Shown piece after piece: positions 63,641 to 64,000 of a stretch of DNA of 64,000 bases; position 1 is the first letter of the stretch; every line of letters starts with the position of its first letter. Origin of the DNA: Octopus vulgaris (taxonomy: Eukaryota). The DNA lies in contig OX597823.1 in the NCBI GenBank assembly GCA_951406725.2, positions 107,508,001 through 107,572,000 of the forward strand, given 5' to 3'. The notes under the pieces are model-generated. The model ran no database searches, was not told where the DNA came from, and saw only the letters and a list, made by a program, of their open reading frames with translations. The position numbers and the translations under genes were made by a program.

Positions 63641-64000
63641 ATATTGCAAGCTTCTGTGTTTACTTTGCTTCTCTGGCAAGTGGTTGTCTGTCGGCTTTGA
63701 GGCATCAATGAAATGTGGAATGAGATCCCTTACTTGAAAGGTAGGTAAAGATTATTTACAAGAAGAGTAACTGGCTACAAAACAATACCTTATAATCATT
63801 TGTCTAAACCAGAGCCTGAAGAGAAAAGATTAGGCATAATGTTTAGTGCAGAAGTGAAGAAGTTAGGCACATCAAGACTGATGTGAAGAGGAAAGATGAG
63901 GGTGTCATACCTTTACTATTCAGGAGATGCCTGAATGGTAAATGTATAGGACCAGCCAGTTCTAAAGAATAGAGGCCATTATAGAGGTAGAGAGGAGACA

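Noticed and set aside
1-64000. CRISPR arrays, operons, rRNA, prokaryotic systems
   Set aside because: No repeat-spacer periodicity or prokaryotic gene density; the sequence is clearly animal genomic DNA.

Overview
AT-rich, CpG-depleted eukaryotic DNA. The SINE repertoire and dense (TA)n/(CA)n/(AAT)n microsatellites point to a coleoid cephalopod, most likely Octopus (inference). One real gene is visible: a minus-strand, intron-less 1674-aa CDS (28512-33536) for a Q/P-rich protein with 13 dispersed C2H2 zinc fingers, seven of them near-identical 'CNKYF' fingers. Its exon appears to start at a splice acceptor at 33708 and carries a 55-codon uORF that stops one base before the main ATG. The rest is non-coding and holds: a full-length but decayed hAT (hATm-like) transposon with a perfect 8-bp TSD (47960-51090), a decayed mariner with TIRs (3201-4376), a hAT MITE, a foldback MITE, RTE and R4/Dong LINE fragments, many tRNA-derived SINEs (often in head-to-tail arrays), several perfect 27-34 bp palindromes, and an inverted repeat at 59579-59783 carrying a Penelope-type minimal hammerhead ribozyme motif. 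All alignments, translations and counts were done by eye; no database search was run.
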